Of a stretch of DNA of 64,000 bases, positions 1 through 9,380 are shown in pieces. Each line of letters begins with the position of its first letter. The first letter of the stretch is position 1. The notes beneath the pieces were generated by a model, which was not told the origin of the DNA, did no database searches, and saw only the letters and a list, made by a program, of their open reading frames with translations. The stretch comes from a virus: IMG/VR virus record IMGVR_UViG_3300002307_000001, positions 1-64,000 of that record, one strand, 5' to 3'. Both the position numbers and the translations under genes were made by a program.

Positions 1-59
1 ATGGAACTGGAGATGGAAGTGGAAATGGATATGGAACTGGAGATGGGTATGGGTACTAA
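1..59 (+). CDS. 3' end of a glycine-rich (Gly-X) repeat protein, partial
   Basis: The frame from nt 3 reads GTGDGSGNGYGTGDGYGY-stop (TAA 57-59). Truncated by the window start. Confidence 0.6.
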   Translation, partial: GTGDGSGNGYGTGDGYGY

Positions 60-110
60 ACGATACTAACTATAAACTCTATCACTAATACTAAATAAAC
101 AGAAATAATT

Positions 111-311
111 ATGCAATACACAGCAGAACAAATAGAAGAGTGGAAAAAGAAAGCAGATAAATGGGATGAACTTGATGATCAAATTGCAAAATGTTATTGT
201 AATAAGGATGGAGAATATGTAGATGAAGATAGTGATGATAAAGCAGAAATAGAAGATGCCGATTTATGTACTATCGGAGAAATAGCAGCTAGTGCATTTG
301 GATGGTTATAA
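111..311 (+). CDS. hypothetical protein
   Basis: ATG ORF after an A-rich leader, in the + strand gene run. Confidence 0.7.
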   Translation: MQYTAEQIEEWKKKADKWDELDDQIAKCYCNKDGEYVDEDSDDKAEIEDADLCTIGEIAASAFGWL

Positions 312-321
312 TAAGAAAATT

Positions 322-525
322 ATGAAGAAACTAATAATAGCACTACTACTGGTATTTGGGTGTAATATAGATAGTAGAGATAGATACCGAGTATATGCAA
401 TTGATCAAAGTGATGGTAAATTAGTTACATACCATCTGGAAAACTGGAGAAATGAACATATTATAGACACATCAGGTAAGTATAAGATAGGCGATACAGT
501 GTTTATAAAAATGGTAAAGAAATGA
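322..525 (+). CDS. small putative lipoprotein
   Basis: ATG at 322 gives MKKLIIALLLVFGC: basic N-terminus, hydrophobic core and lipobox-like Cys. Confidence 0.6.
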   Translation: MKKLIIALLLVFGCNIDSRDRYRVYAIDQSDGKLVTYHLENWRNEHIIDTSGKYKIGDTVFIKMVKK

Positions 526-1049
526 AACAAAGATATACAATAACTATATTAGCTGATCCAGAAAAACTCATAGAAACTTCTATACTACATGAAGATGAAC
601 CAATAGAAGATCATATAAGATGTATCATAGAGAGGTCTATAGTTAATGACTACTTATATAAAGAAGCTGGTATAGAAATAGAAGGAGTAAAGAAGTTAAA
701 ACTCGCAAAACCTAGAAAAGAGTATACAGGTGAACCAGAAGAAAGACCAGTAAAAGTGTATTGGTGTAAATGCAAAGAATCTATAGTAGCTGTAACTGAT
801 CCTGATAATATGGACCACTCTACTAAAATAGAGTACACAAAAGCAGGTAAAGAAGGTAGAAAAGTAGAAACAATGCCATTAAGGGAATTCAAAACAAAGC
901 CATTCATGAGCTGTAAGTGCTTTGATGAGATAATAAAAAGAAAAAAAGAATCAGGGTTTAGTACTATACAAGGACATAAACAGTTTATACCCGAAGGATT
1001 CAGATCATTGGAAGCAAAAGTTAATGGTGTAAATTGGAATGAAGATTAA
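522..1049 (+). CDS. hypothetical protein
   Basis: 175 aa ORF with an ATGA overlap to the upstream gene and two CxC motifs. Confidence 0.7.
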   Translation: MKQRYTITILADPEKLIETSILHEDEPIEDHIRCIIERSIVNDYLYKEAGIEIEGVKKLKLAKPRKEYTGEPEERPVKVYWCKCKESIVAVTDPDNMDHSTKIEYTKAGKEGRKVETMPLREFKTKPFMSCKCFDEIIKRKKESGFSTIQGHKQFIPEGFRSLEAKVNGVNWNED

Positions 1050-1061
1050 TAACTAAATAAT

Positions 1062-1268
1062 ATGAACAAAGAAACAATATATGAAAAACATCTACAGATA
1101 CATAGAGAAAACAGTATAGGAGCAGCAGGTGAACATACAGATGTAACTATACAAGCAGTGATAGATGAAGTGGAAATGGTCGATAAGCTACTAAGAGAAC
1201 TAGGTGTAACACCGGTAGCAATAATAAAAATACAAGCAAGAATAAAGCAGTTAAAAGAGTTATTGTAA
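1062..1268 (+). CDS. hypothetical protein
   Basis: 68 aa ORF tightly packed in the operon. Confidence 0.65.
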   Translation: MNKETIYEKHLQIHRENSIGAAGEHTDVTIQAVIDEVEMVDKLLRELGVTPVAIIKIQARIKQLKELL

Positions 1269-1274
1269 GAGATT

Positions 1275-2613
1275 ATGGTATATATTATAGGATTTGAAGA
1301 TCAAGAATTTGAGCAGTGCACAGTAAAAGATGCTCTGAAAGATCTTACGACATGTAAAGAAATTCAATGTGACTCCGAAACTACAGGGCTATTCTTTCAA
1401 CAACACAAATTAAAGTCATTACAACTAGGTACTGGAGAAAATGAATATGTAATACATCCGGATTATGTATATGAGTTCAAAAATCTGCTAGAAACTAAAA
1501 CTCTAATACTGCATAATGCTAAATTCGATCTAAAATTCCTGTATAATGTTGGGATATTCCCTAATAAAGTATTCGATACCTATGTAGCTGAGTGTGTGCT
1601 CTATTGTGGAGATACATTCCATAGAAAAGCCCTCAATGTAGTAGTAAAAACTCGATTAGGCATTGATCTGGATAAGTCAGTTAGAAAAGGTATTGCAGAT
1701 AAGGAGATGAGAGGTGAAGTAATACAGTATGCAGCTGATGATGTAAAGCATCTCCATAACCTAAAAGAACACCAGTTAAAAGAAGCCAAAAAGAAAGATC
1801 TAATAAAGTGCATTAATCTGGAAAACGACTATGTAATAGCATTAGCTTACCTGGAATTTTGTGGTATAAAATTAGATAAAGATAAATGGAGAGCAAAGAT
1901 GAAAGATGATGAAAATCAACTCAACGAAGCTCGAAAGTTGTTAGATAAACTAATATTTACCAAAGATCTTAAAAAGTATATAAACTATCAGTTGGACCTA
2001 TTTAGTGAAGGTATTGGTACTAGCATTAACTGGGATTCTCCTAAGCAGGTTATAGAATTATTCACAGGGTTAGGTATAGACTGTTGGGAAACAGTAAAAG
2101 GAGAAAAGAAACAATCAGCTAGTGCTAAGAGTATAGAGAAATATCAAGATGAATATCCATTTATTGCTGACTACCTGCATTATAAAGAGTTACAAAAAGT
2201 TGTAGGAACATACGGAGAAGGGTTTATAAAGCAGATAGACCCTGTTACCGGTAGAATATATACGCAGTTCAGTCAGATAATGGATACAGGTAGAACATCA
2301 TGTGGTGGAAAGAACAAAGATACTGGTGAAAGTTTCATAAATCTACAAAATCTACCAAATAATAAGAATACTCGTACTTGTTTTGTAGCTGATACTGGTA
2401 ATGTAATAGTAGATGCAGATTATTCATCAATGGAAGTCGTGGTGCTCACCAATAAATCAATGGAATCTGGGTTATTGGAGTTCTTTGATAATGGATTCAC
2501 TGACTTCCACAGCTATAATGCTAAAAAGATATATCCGGAACTAGCTGATAAGACATTCGATGAAGTTAAGAAAGACTATAACAATCTAAGACAGAATGCT
2601 AAAGTGGGTGGAT
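1275..2613 (+). CDS. polA: family A DNA polymerase, exon 1 (3'-5' exonuclease domain plus polymerase motif A and start of motif B)
   Basis: Exo motifs DSETTG, HNAKFD, YAADD; TGRTS and NLQNLP; motif A DYSSMEV. Motif B (RQNAKVGG) is interrupted at U2613. Confidence 0.93.
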
Positions 2614-2658
2614 TGAAAACATTTTCACACTAACTTCCTATCTTAGGAAATTGTTTGT

Positions 2659-2666
2659 TACCTTTG
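2659..2666 (+). promoter_or_regulatory. Bacteroidota sigma-A -7 element (TACCTTTG) inside the intron
   Basis: Exact TAnnTTTG match 4 nt upstream of the endonuclease ATG. Confidence 0.6.
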
Positions 2667-2670
2667 AGAA

Positions 2671-3447
2671 ATGAAACTTAAAGTAAATAACATTGACGAT
2701 TTAAAAAAATGGGGAGTTTATAAAATAAGAAATACAGAAAATAATAAAGTCTATGTAGGAAGTACGAAATCTTTTAAAAAACGATTTTCTCAACACAAAG
2801 ATGAACTTAAAAGAAAAAAACATGGAAATCCAAAATTGCAACATGCCTGGGATTTTTATGGAGAAGATTGTTTTGAATTTTCTATTCTTGAGGTTTGTTT
2901 AGAGAATAGAGTAGAAAGAGAAAAGTATTACATAGACATTCTACAAGCAGCAAATAGAGAAAATGGTTATAATATAAATGCTAACCCCGATAAACCGTGT
3001 TCTTTTAATGTAGAGGTTAGAAATAAAATCTCACAAACATTAAAAGAAAAGTATAAAGAGGGAATATTAAAACCAACAAGCACATGTTTTAAAAAAGAAA
3101 GAGTAAGTCATATGAAAGGTAAAAAATTTGAAGATACTTCAAACTTTCATACTCCTAAAACAATAACAGAAGCTTTAAAAGCTGCATGGGAAAAATCAAA
3201 AATAACAAGTCAAAAGAAAGCTAGAGCTGTTGAGGTTTTTAATAAAAATTATGAACTTCTTCATAAAGCAGACTCAGTCTTAAAATTACACAATTGGTCA
3301 CTTACAGAAGGTAATAATCTTCCTATAGTATGTGACTTACGAGTAAAAACAAAGACACTTGATATATCCAAAGTGTGTAATGCCTGCAAATCAGGAAAAA
3401 CATATAAAGGACTGTATTTTAAAGCAGTGAAAGTAAGTCCACATTAA
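2671..3447 (+). CDS. intron-encoded GIY-YIG homing endonuclease
   Basis: GVYKI...VYVGS, R..QH, H.N..LQ.AW..YG, REKYYI, GYNI, and a C-terminal NUMOD1-like HTH. Confidence 0.92.
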   Translation: MKLKVNNIDDLKKWGVYKIRNTENNKVYVGSTKSFKKRFSQHKDELKRKKHGNPKLQHAWDFYGEDCFEFSILEVCLENRVEREKYYIDILQAANRENGYNINANPDKPCSFNVEVRNKISQTLKEKYKEGILKPTSTCFKKERVSHMKGKKFEDTSNFHTPKTITEALKAAWEKSKITSQKKARAVEVFNKNYELLHKADSVLKLHNWSLTEGNNLPIVCDLRVKTKTLDISKVCNACKSGKTYKGLYFKAVKVSPH

Positions 3448-3678
3448 ACTGGATGAATTGCTGGAAACCCTACTCTTGCTAAGAGGGCAATCAGCAGCCA
3501 AGCATAGAATACATTCTATGAAGGTTCAACGACTACCTGAGAGATAAAGCTCTCTTAATAACAGGAAGTAGATGTGCGATAATACATAAAACACATTGAA
3601 AAAGCGTCCAGCCTCTTACTACACGGTCAGTAAGAGTGATGATATAGTCTGTGCTCATAGTAATATGAGAGTAACACG

Positions 3679-4304
3679 TCACAGTAGCATTCGGGGGTGT
3701 AGGTAAAACAGTTGCAGATAATCTCAAGATATCTCAAGAAGATGGTGACAGGTTCTATGAATTGTATTTTCAAGCATTCCCAAGTCTAAAAGCTCATTAC
3801 AAGAAATGTGAAGATCAGGCATATAGGGATGGATACATACTGATAGATGATAGAAATAAACGCAAGTGCTTTATATATAATCATGACAGGTATAAAGCAT
3901 TAAAAGAAGAAATTGATCAGCAATTCTGGGAAAGGTACAGGGTATTAAAAGAAAATCCGGAAGACAGTAGATTCCTAGCAATGAAAAGTAAAGTGAAAGA
4001 GTTCTTCAGTATCAAAGGTGATATAAGTAGGAAAGCATACAACTTCCCCATACAGGGCACTGCCGCCTCTATAGCTAAGATAGCAGGTATCAAGTTCTTC
4101 AAGTGGATAAAAGACCAGAAACTAGTCAATGTAGTTAAAATGGTGTCATTTATCCATGATCAGATATTAGTAGAATGCCCGGAAAATATGAAAGATAAAG
4201 TAGCAACTGAATTAGTAAAAGCTATGGAAGAAGCTGGTGCACTATACTTTACCAGAGTACCGCTAAAAGCAAGCTGTGAGATTGATTTTTGTTGGTCCCA
4301 CTAG
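3679..4304 (+). CDS. polA: family A DNA polymerase, exon 2
   Basis: TVAFGG, YFQAFP, AYNFPIQGTAA and motif C FIHDQILVE. Confidence 0.92.
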
Positions 4305-4330
4305 TATAAACAAAACAAAAACAACTAACT

Positions 4331-4471
4331 ATGCAACAAATAAAATGGGAATACACAACATGTAGTAGCATGGAAACAGCTAATACATTAGGTCAACAAG
4401 GTTGGGAAGCTGTAGGGTTCTACTATTACGGCAGCTACACAATAATGATGAAACGACAAATACTGGAATAA
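4331..4471 (+). CDS. small DUF4177-like protein (46 aa, not in ORF track)
   Basis: MQQIKWEY...ANTLGQQGWEAVG...MKR pattern. Confidence 0.55.
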   Translation: MQQIKWEYTTCSSMETANTLGQQGWEAVGFYYYGSYTIMMKRQILE

Positions 4472-4473
4472 CT

Positions 4474-4656
4474 ATGCAATGGGAATATGAAGTGGATGAA
4501 AATCCAGATATAAGCGGATGGTCAGGTGAAAAAGTAAATAAAAAAGAACTAAACTATCTAAACTATAGAGGTGCAAATGAGTGGCAGCTGTGTACTATAT
4601 ACAGTTATGGTAGTGATGTGTGGTATTATTGGAAGAAACCTAAAACAAAAGAATAA
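4474..4656 (+). CDS. small DUF4177-like protein
   Basis: MQWEY...LNYRGANEWQL...YYWKKP; ATG at 4474. Confidence 0.55.
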   Translation: MQWEYEVDENPDISGWSGEKVNKKELNYLNYRGANEWQLCTIYSYGSDVWYYWKKPKTKE

Positions 4657-4889
4657 TGAAGACAATATGGGCACTGTTCTCAATAGACAATGAGTATGAT
4701 CAACCTAGTAATAACTTGGTAGCATGGTGGGCTAATAAACCTTCATGTGCAGAGATAAAAGATGTATTACCATATGTAAGTGATGTAGTAGCCGGTAAGT
4801 TATACAGAGGATTAATAATTAAAGAAGCTCCGGACTATACAGAATATAGAATAGAACAAGTTAATGAAGGAAAAATAGACCAACAATGA
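4656..4889 (+). CDS. hypothetical protein
   Basis: TAATG-coupled ORF. Confidence 0.65.
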   Translation: MKTIWALFSIDNEYDQPSNNLVAWWANKPSCAEIKDVLPYVSDVVAGKLYRGLIIKEAPDYTEYRIEQVNEGKIDQQ

Positions 4890-5071
4890 TACGAGAAGAA
4901 GAAAAATACTGGAAAATTAGAGTAAATGGATCAGGTACAAAAGAAGAGATATTAAGTTCACTAAAAGAGCTAATTAAAGCACTAAGAGAAGAATCATTAG
5001 ATGGATGGGAGAACTACCCGGATATCTATGAAGATCCTATATTAGTGTGTGAAGTAGATTCAATAAATTAA
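4886..5071 (+). CDS. hypothetical protein
   Basis: ATGA-coupled ORF. Confidence 0.6.
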   Translation: MIREEEKYWKIRVNGSGTKEEILSSLKELIKALREESLDGWENYPDIYEDPILVCEVDSIN

Positions 5072-5076
5072 ATCAG

Positions 5077-5547
5077 ATGGCACTACCAACACTTGCACAG
5101 TTTAATAGTATAAAAGAATACATAAATAGTACTGGAGAAACAGCAAATTACGAAAATTGGGTATCTCAATATAAGCCTGAACGAAAAAAGAAGTATGTAT
5201 CTGATGACCCTAATTGGAAAATTATGTGGGCTATCTGGCCTACTACAGATGGGTTTACTTATAATGGTAAGAAGTTTGAACAGACCAGGAGCATGAAATC
5301 TAAAGAAGAAGTATGTCAACAACTATACCAGGCAGCTATAGTAAAAGGATATACTCATGAACAAATGGTACATGCAGCTAAAGTAGTACTACTTACTAAG
5401 CGAATAGAGAGCTATAGAAGAAGTCAGAATCAACTTACCTACCTATCTGGCCTAGAGCCTTGGTTAAGGTCAGGAGCATATGTAGCATGGCTCAATTCAG
5501 ATATGCCAGTAGAAGTTAACAATTCAGAAATAGATGATTATATATGA
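5077..5547 (+). CDS. hypothetical replication-associated protein (possible helicase loader)
   Basis: 156 aa, translationally coupled to the helicase gene. Function inferred from position only. Confidence 0.55.
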   Translation: MALPTLAQFNSIKEYINSTGETANYENWVSQYKPERKKKYVSDDPNWKIMWAIWPTTDGFTYNGKKFEQTRSMKSKEEVCQQLYQAAIVKGYTHEQMVHAAKVVLLTKRIESYRRSQNQLTYLSGLEPWLRSGAYVAWLNSDMPVEVNNSEIDDYI

Positions 5548-6686
5548 GTTTATCAAGTGATTTACTACGAGAAATTGAGAACGGCAAACAAGGTAGAAAT
5601 GGTACAATTCCTTTTCCATATAAAAGGTTAGCTGATTATATAGATATAGCTAAGAATACCATGTATACAATAGGTGGTGAGACCTCAGCTGGGAAAAGTA
5701 CATTAGCCCAAGATGCTTTTATTATTCATCCTATGCAATGGTATCTGGCTAACAAACATAAGCATAATATCAAACTTAGTATCATCTATTTTGGTATGGA
5801 GCGCAAGATGTTTTTATATGCTTGCAGGTGGTTAAGTAGAGTAATATTTCAAGAACAAGGTATTTATATAAGCACTAAAAAGATACTGGGTAAATGGAAG
5901 AAAGATGGTGAAATAGAATTAATGACAGATCAAGAAGAAAAAATGGTATTAGATTATCTGCCAAGATTAGATGAATGGGAAGCAGATGATTTATTTCTAG
6001 CTCATGAAGGTAGTAAAAATGCCAGTGGTATGTCAAAATATATTGAAATGTTTGCTAAAAAACATGGTAAGATTATTGAAAAAGAAATCAAACCAAAAGA
6101 AGAGCAAACTCTTGATGATGTACTGGAAAGTAAAAAATATATACCCAATCATCCTAATCATATAGTTTTAATTATAACGGACCATATTTCGATTTTGTCT
6201 CCGGAAAGAGAAGCAGGTGTAGGTCCTAGAAAGGTAAATATTGATAAATTTAGCTCTGCTATGAGAGAAGCCCGTGATTTATATGGATTTTCACCTGTTA
6301 TTATACAACAGTTAAATAGAAATCTATCAGATGTATCAAGAGCTAAATTGGGGGATCTTAAACCAAAGCTAAGTGATTTTGCTGACTCTTCAGCTACATC
6401 TCATGATAGTGATGTTATTATGGCTTTATTTGACCCTTATAGACATATGGTAGATAAAGGGACATTAGATAATGGATGGCTCTTAGAACGCTTTAAAAAT
6501 GAAAGAAAAGACACATTCTATAGAAGTATTCATATACTAAAGAATTCTTTTGATAGTTCTAATTTCCCAGTGTCAATGGCTTTGCATCCATATACAGGTA
6601 TATTAAAAACTCTTCCTAAGAAATCAGACATGTCAGAAGATATATATGATCAAGTTTTATGTGGTTCTTATTTTCTGGAAGATTAA
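5544..6686 (+). CDS. dnaB: DnaB-like replicative helicase
   Basis: Walker A GETSAGKST, YFGME, IITDH, QQLNR, PKLSDFADS..DSD. Confidence 0.9.
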   Translation: MSLSSDLLREIENGKQGRNGTIPFPYKRLADYIDIAKNTMYTIGGETSAGKSTLAQDAFIIHPMQWYLANKHKHNIKLSIIYFGMERKMFLYACRWLSRVIFQEQGIYISTKKILGKWKKDGEIELMTDQEEKMVLDYLPRLDEWEADDLFLAHEGSKNASGMSKYIEMFAKKHGKIIEKEIKPKEEQTLDDVLESKKYIPNHPNHIVLIITDHISILSPEREAGVGPRKVNIDKFSSAMREARDLYGFSPVIIQQLNRNLSDVSRAKLGDLKPKLSDFADSSATSHDSDVIMALFDPYRHMVDKGTLDNGWLLERFKNERKDTFYRSIHILKNSFDSSNFPVSMALHPYTGILKTLPKKSDMSEDIYDQVLCGSYFLED

Positions 6687-6698
6687 AAACAATAAAAT

Positions 6699-6980
6699 AT
6701 GAATACGAATACAATAACACAACTAGCAGAAGAATACTCAAAAGATGTAGAAGACCTAGGAGATGGTGATGGAGTACATTCAATAACACAGGTACAAGAT
6801 GCATATATAGCTGGGTACCTGGTAGGTATAGAGAAATGGAATAACCTAATAGAGAGGTTAAAAGCTATGTTAAGTAACTATAATCCTGATGAGTTAAATG
6901 AACAACCTACAAAGACAGATATAGCTGCAGAAACTCAATGGATAGTAGAAATGTTAACTAAATACGAAATAAACTGGTAA
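6699..6980 (+). CDS. hypothetical protein
   Basis: 93 aa ORF in the operon. Confidence 0.65.
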   Translation: MNTNTITQLAEEYSKDVEDLGDGDGVHSITQVQDAYIAGYLVGIEKWNNLIERLKAMLSNYNPDELNEQPTKTDIAAETQWIVEMLTKYEINW

Positions 6981-6983
6981 AAT

Positions 6984-7193
6984 ATGCAAATAGATGAAAT
7001 AAACAAGCTATCAGATGAGTTCATAACTAGTAGGGAAAATGCACAAGAGCCATACACATCATGGGAGAAAGGACTAATATACATGGGTTATAGAGCAGGA
7101 GTATTAACAGCATCTGATAAATACAAGGAAAGTGCGGATAACTGGTTAGCAATTAGACACAAGGTAGATGAACTGATAAATAAATCAAAATAA
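6984..7193 (+). CDS. hypothetical protein
   Basis: 69 aa ORF in the operon. Confidence 0.65.
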   Translation: MQIDEINKLSDEFITSRENAQEPYTSWEKGLIYMGYRAGVLTASDKYKESADNWLAIRHKVDELINKSK

Positions 7194-7194
7194 C

Positions 7195-7428
7195 ATGAAT
7201 TCGAGAGAAGATAATAGAGTAACAGAAGCAATAGATACTATAGAGTGGCTCAAGGACAAAATATCAGACCATGAAGCAGATTCAGATACAAAGTACAACC
7301 AGATACAGCAATTAGAAGATGATGTGCGGGGGCTAAATGATATTATAACCGAAAGAGATGAGACTATAGAGAACTTGTACCTGGAAATAAGTGCATTACA
7401 AAAAGAATTAGAAGAGCTAAAAAATTAG
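7195..7428 (+). CDS. small coiled-coil protein
   Basis: Heptad-rich 77 aa ORF. Confidence 0.65.
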   Translation: MNSREDNRVTEAIDTIEWLKDKISDHEADSDTKYNQIQQLEDDVRGLNDIITERDETIENLYLEISALQKELEELKN

Positions 7429-7471
7429 TAACATTGCAAGCCAAAAAGTAAAACAAATAAAACACAATACA

Positions 7472-8269
7472 ATGGAAGAAGAAGTTAAAAAGCCTGGAAT
7501 AGTACTACCTACACAGATAAGGAAAGCTACTGCAGTTAATCCAGAAAGCCTATGCATATACGGAAAGCCTAAGGTCGGTAAGACAACTGCTCTATCCACA
7601 TTAAATAACATACTAATCGTGGATGTAGAGAAAGGATCAGCATTCGTAGATGGTATGATAATGGCACCACCTGAAGGACTAGGACCAGTAGGTATTCGTA
7701 CATGGTTAAAAGAACTTGCAAAGACTATTAAGGATGCAGGTAAGCCATATGACTATGTAGCTATAGATACACTATCTCAACTAGATGTGTTGTCAGAATG
7801 GTGGGGTACTTTCGACTATATGAATAGTATATCAGGTAAGAAGTTTAACAGAGATGCTAATGGAGCAATGCTAAAACCTAGTCACCCAGAATATGAAAGT
7901 GTATTAACTCTAGGTAATGGGTATGGGTACCGGTATACCAGAGATGCATTCATGGGGGTATTTGATGAATTAAAGGGGCTGGGGAAGATCTGTACTATAT
8001 TCGTATGCCATGTAGCCGATAAGATGATAGCCAATAAAGCAGGTGAAGAAGTAATGGTAAAGGATATAGCATTGACCGGCAAATTGCGGGATATGCTACC
8101 TAGAATAGTAGATGCAACTGCTAATGTGTGGAATGAAGATGGTAAGATGATGATATCATTCGTAGGAGATAGTGAAAGGATAGGTGGGGTAAGAGGTAAA
8201 CATCTGCCGGGATATTCAGGTGAGTTAGATTGGAACAGAATATTCATTAAGACAGAAGAAACTAAGTAG
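7472..8269 (+). CDS. AAA_24/Sak4-like P-loop ATPase (phage recombination protein)
   Basis: IYGKPKVGKTT, DVEKGS, VAIDTL, GYGY, FVCH. Confidence 0.82.
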   Translation: MEEEVKKPGIVLPTQIRKATAVNPESLCIYGKPKVGKTTALSTLNNILIVDVEKGSAFVDGMIMAPPEGLGPVGIRTWLKELAKTIKDAGKPYDYVAIDTLSQLDVLSEWWGTFDYMNSISGKKFNRDANGAMLKPSHPEYESVLTLGNGYGYRYTRDAFMGVFDELKGLGKICTIFVCHVADKMIANKAGEEVMVKDIALTGKLRDMLPRIVDATANVWNEDGKMMISFVGDSERIGGVRGKHLPGYSGELDWNRIFIKTEETK

Positions 8270-8315
8270 ACAACAGATAAACAATAAACAACAACTAAAA
8301 ATTAAACAAAAGAAA

Positions 8316-9200
8316 ATGAAACTAACAAAAAGTGATCGTCAAGAAGGTGCATTCAATTTATCAGTAGGATTATTCGAAGCCTCAGTGGACCTATTAAACC
8401 CTACAAAAGCTGAATTAGCTAAGTATCTTGGTAGTGAAGAAAATGCAGATACGAAAGAATATGAATATGTTGGAGAAGATAAGGATAGTAATACTCGTGT
8501 AACTCTCTCATTCTGGGTAACAGATGTAGTAACCGGTAAGCACTTTAACTACAGGTTGATGATAACAGATAAGCCAATGGTAAGTGAGAAGTCAGGTAAA
8601 AAGCAGTATGTATCAGCATTAGGTATGAGTACTTGGGTAGATGATGAAAAAAATCTTCCTGAGTGGTTTGTAAGTCTAAAAAACAAGGATAAAGAAAAGA
8701 TCGCAGATGTAGAGTATAGAGCAGCCAAAGCTGGTGAGGCAGATGTATATGAGTTCCTACGTAATTTACTAAGTAAAGTAAACTGGTATGGAGTTGATAC
8801 TAATATCCTGTTGGATACTAAGAAGCTATTCCGGGGTAATGTAAATGAGTTAAAAGACCTACTCAATGCTCCTGAAGAGGAAAATCTCACAGGTACAGTA
8901 ATATTCCCGGCAACTGTGTATATCACAGAAAAGGACGGTGAGAAGAAGATGTATCAGAACCTTGCTAAATACTATCTACCTGGATACCAGATGAAGAAAG
9001 TGCGCCTAAGTTGTGCTCAAAATAGCTGGGATGCAGATAAAGTAACTAAGAGGTTCAAGGATAATATCATGGGAGAGTACGGCATTAAAGATGCGTTCAC
9101 CATGAATCTGTTAGAAGATTTTGACGAAAATAAGCACCTGAACGCAACTGATAATGTACTATCAGTTAGTACAGATGAGGTATCTGATACGGATTATTGA
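8316..9200 (+). CDS. putative single-stranded DNA-binding protein
   Basis: Follows the Sak4-like ATPase and ends in an acidic tail (DEVSDTDY). Confidence 0.55.
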   Translation: MKLTKSDRQEGAFNLSVGLFEASVDLLNPTKAELAKYLGSEENADTKEYEYVGEDKDSNTRVTLSFWVTDVVTGKHFNYRLMITDKPMVSEKSGKKQYVSALGMSTWVDDEKNLPEWFVSLKNKDKEKIADVEYRAAKAGEADVYEFLRNLLSKVNWYGVDTNILLDTKKLFRGNVNELKDLLNAPEEENLTGTVIFPATVYITEKDGEKKMYQNLAKYYLPGYQMKKVRLSCAQNSWDADKVTKRFKDNIMGEYGIKDAFTMNLLEDFDENKHLNATDNVLSVSTDEVSDTDY

Positions 9201-9252
9201 ATAATAAAATAATATATATGAATATTAGATGAAATTACTTGAAATAATGTTG

Positions 9253-9372
9253 TAAATTAGCACTGCTGATTATCTACTAATGTTCCAAAGAAATTTCATA
9301 CAAAATAATAGCCCTTTATACAGGAATTTACCCTCTCAATTGGTAGATATCAGCACCTGTATAAGGGGCTAT
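9253..9372 (+). promoter_or_regulatory. structured 5' leader (putative RNA switch) of the LAGLIDADG gene
   Basis: TAAATTAG promoter-like element; 17 bp stem 9308-9324/9356-9372; 9264-9281 is complementary to loop segment 9339-9355. Confidence 0.65.
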
Positions 9373-9380
9373 CATATATC

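Larger units (their letters stand above)
2614..3678 (+). mobile_element. group I self-splicing intron in the DNA polymerase gene, encoding a GIY-YIG endonuclease
   Basis: Core elements AATTGCTGGAAA, AATCAGCAG, GTTCAACGACTA, GATATAGTC. P3 CTGGATG(3449)/CGTCCAG(3605); P7 GACTA(3531)/TAGTC(3645); GTAA-capped P9; terminal G3678. Splicing restores the codon T|TC and motif B (AKVGG-F-TVAFGG) in frame. Confidence 0.93.

Noticed and set aside
1-69. MELEMEV... reading frame from nt 1
   Set aside because: It is an alternative frame of the Gly-X repeat, and the Gly-rich frame is the more plausible protein.
3533-3727. 64 aa - strand ORF
   Set aside because: It is antisense to the intron core and exon 2 and is probably spurious.
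2614-3761. Polymerase as a pseudogene or two separate genes (track ORFs 1275-2633 and 3762-4304)
   Set aside because: A complete group I intron core with in-frame ligation explains the break.
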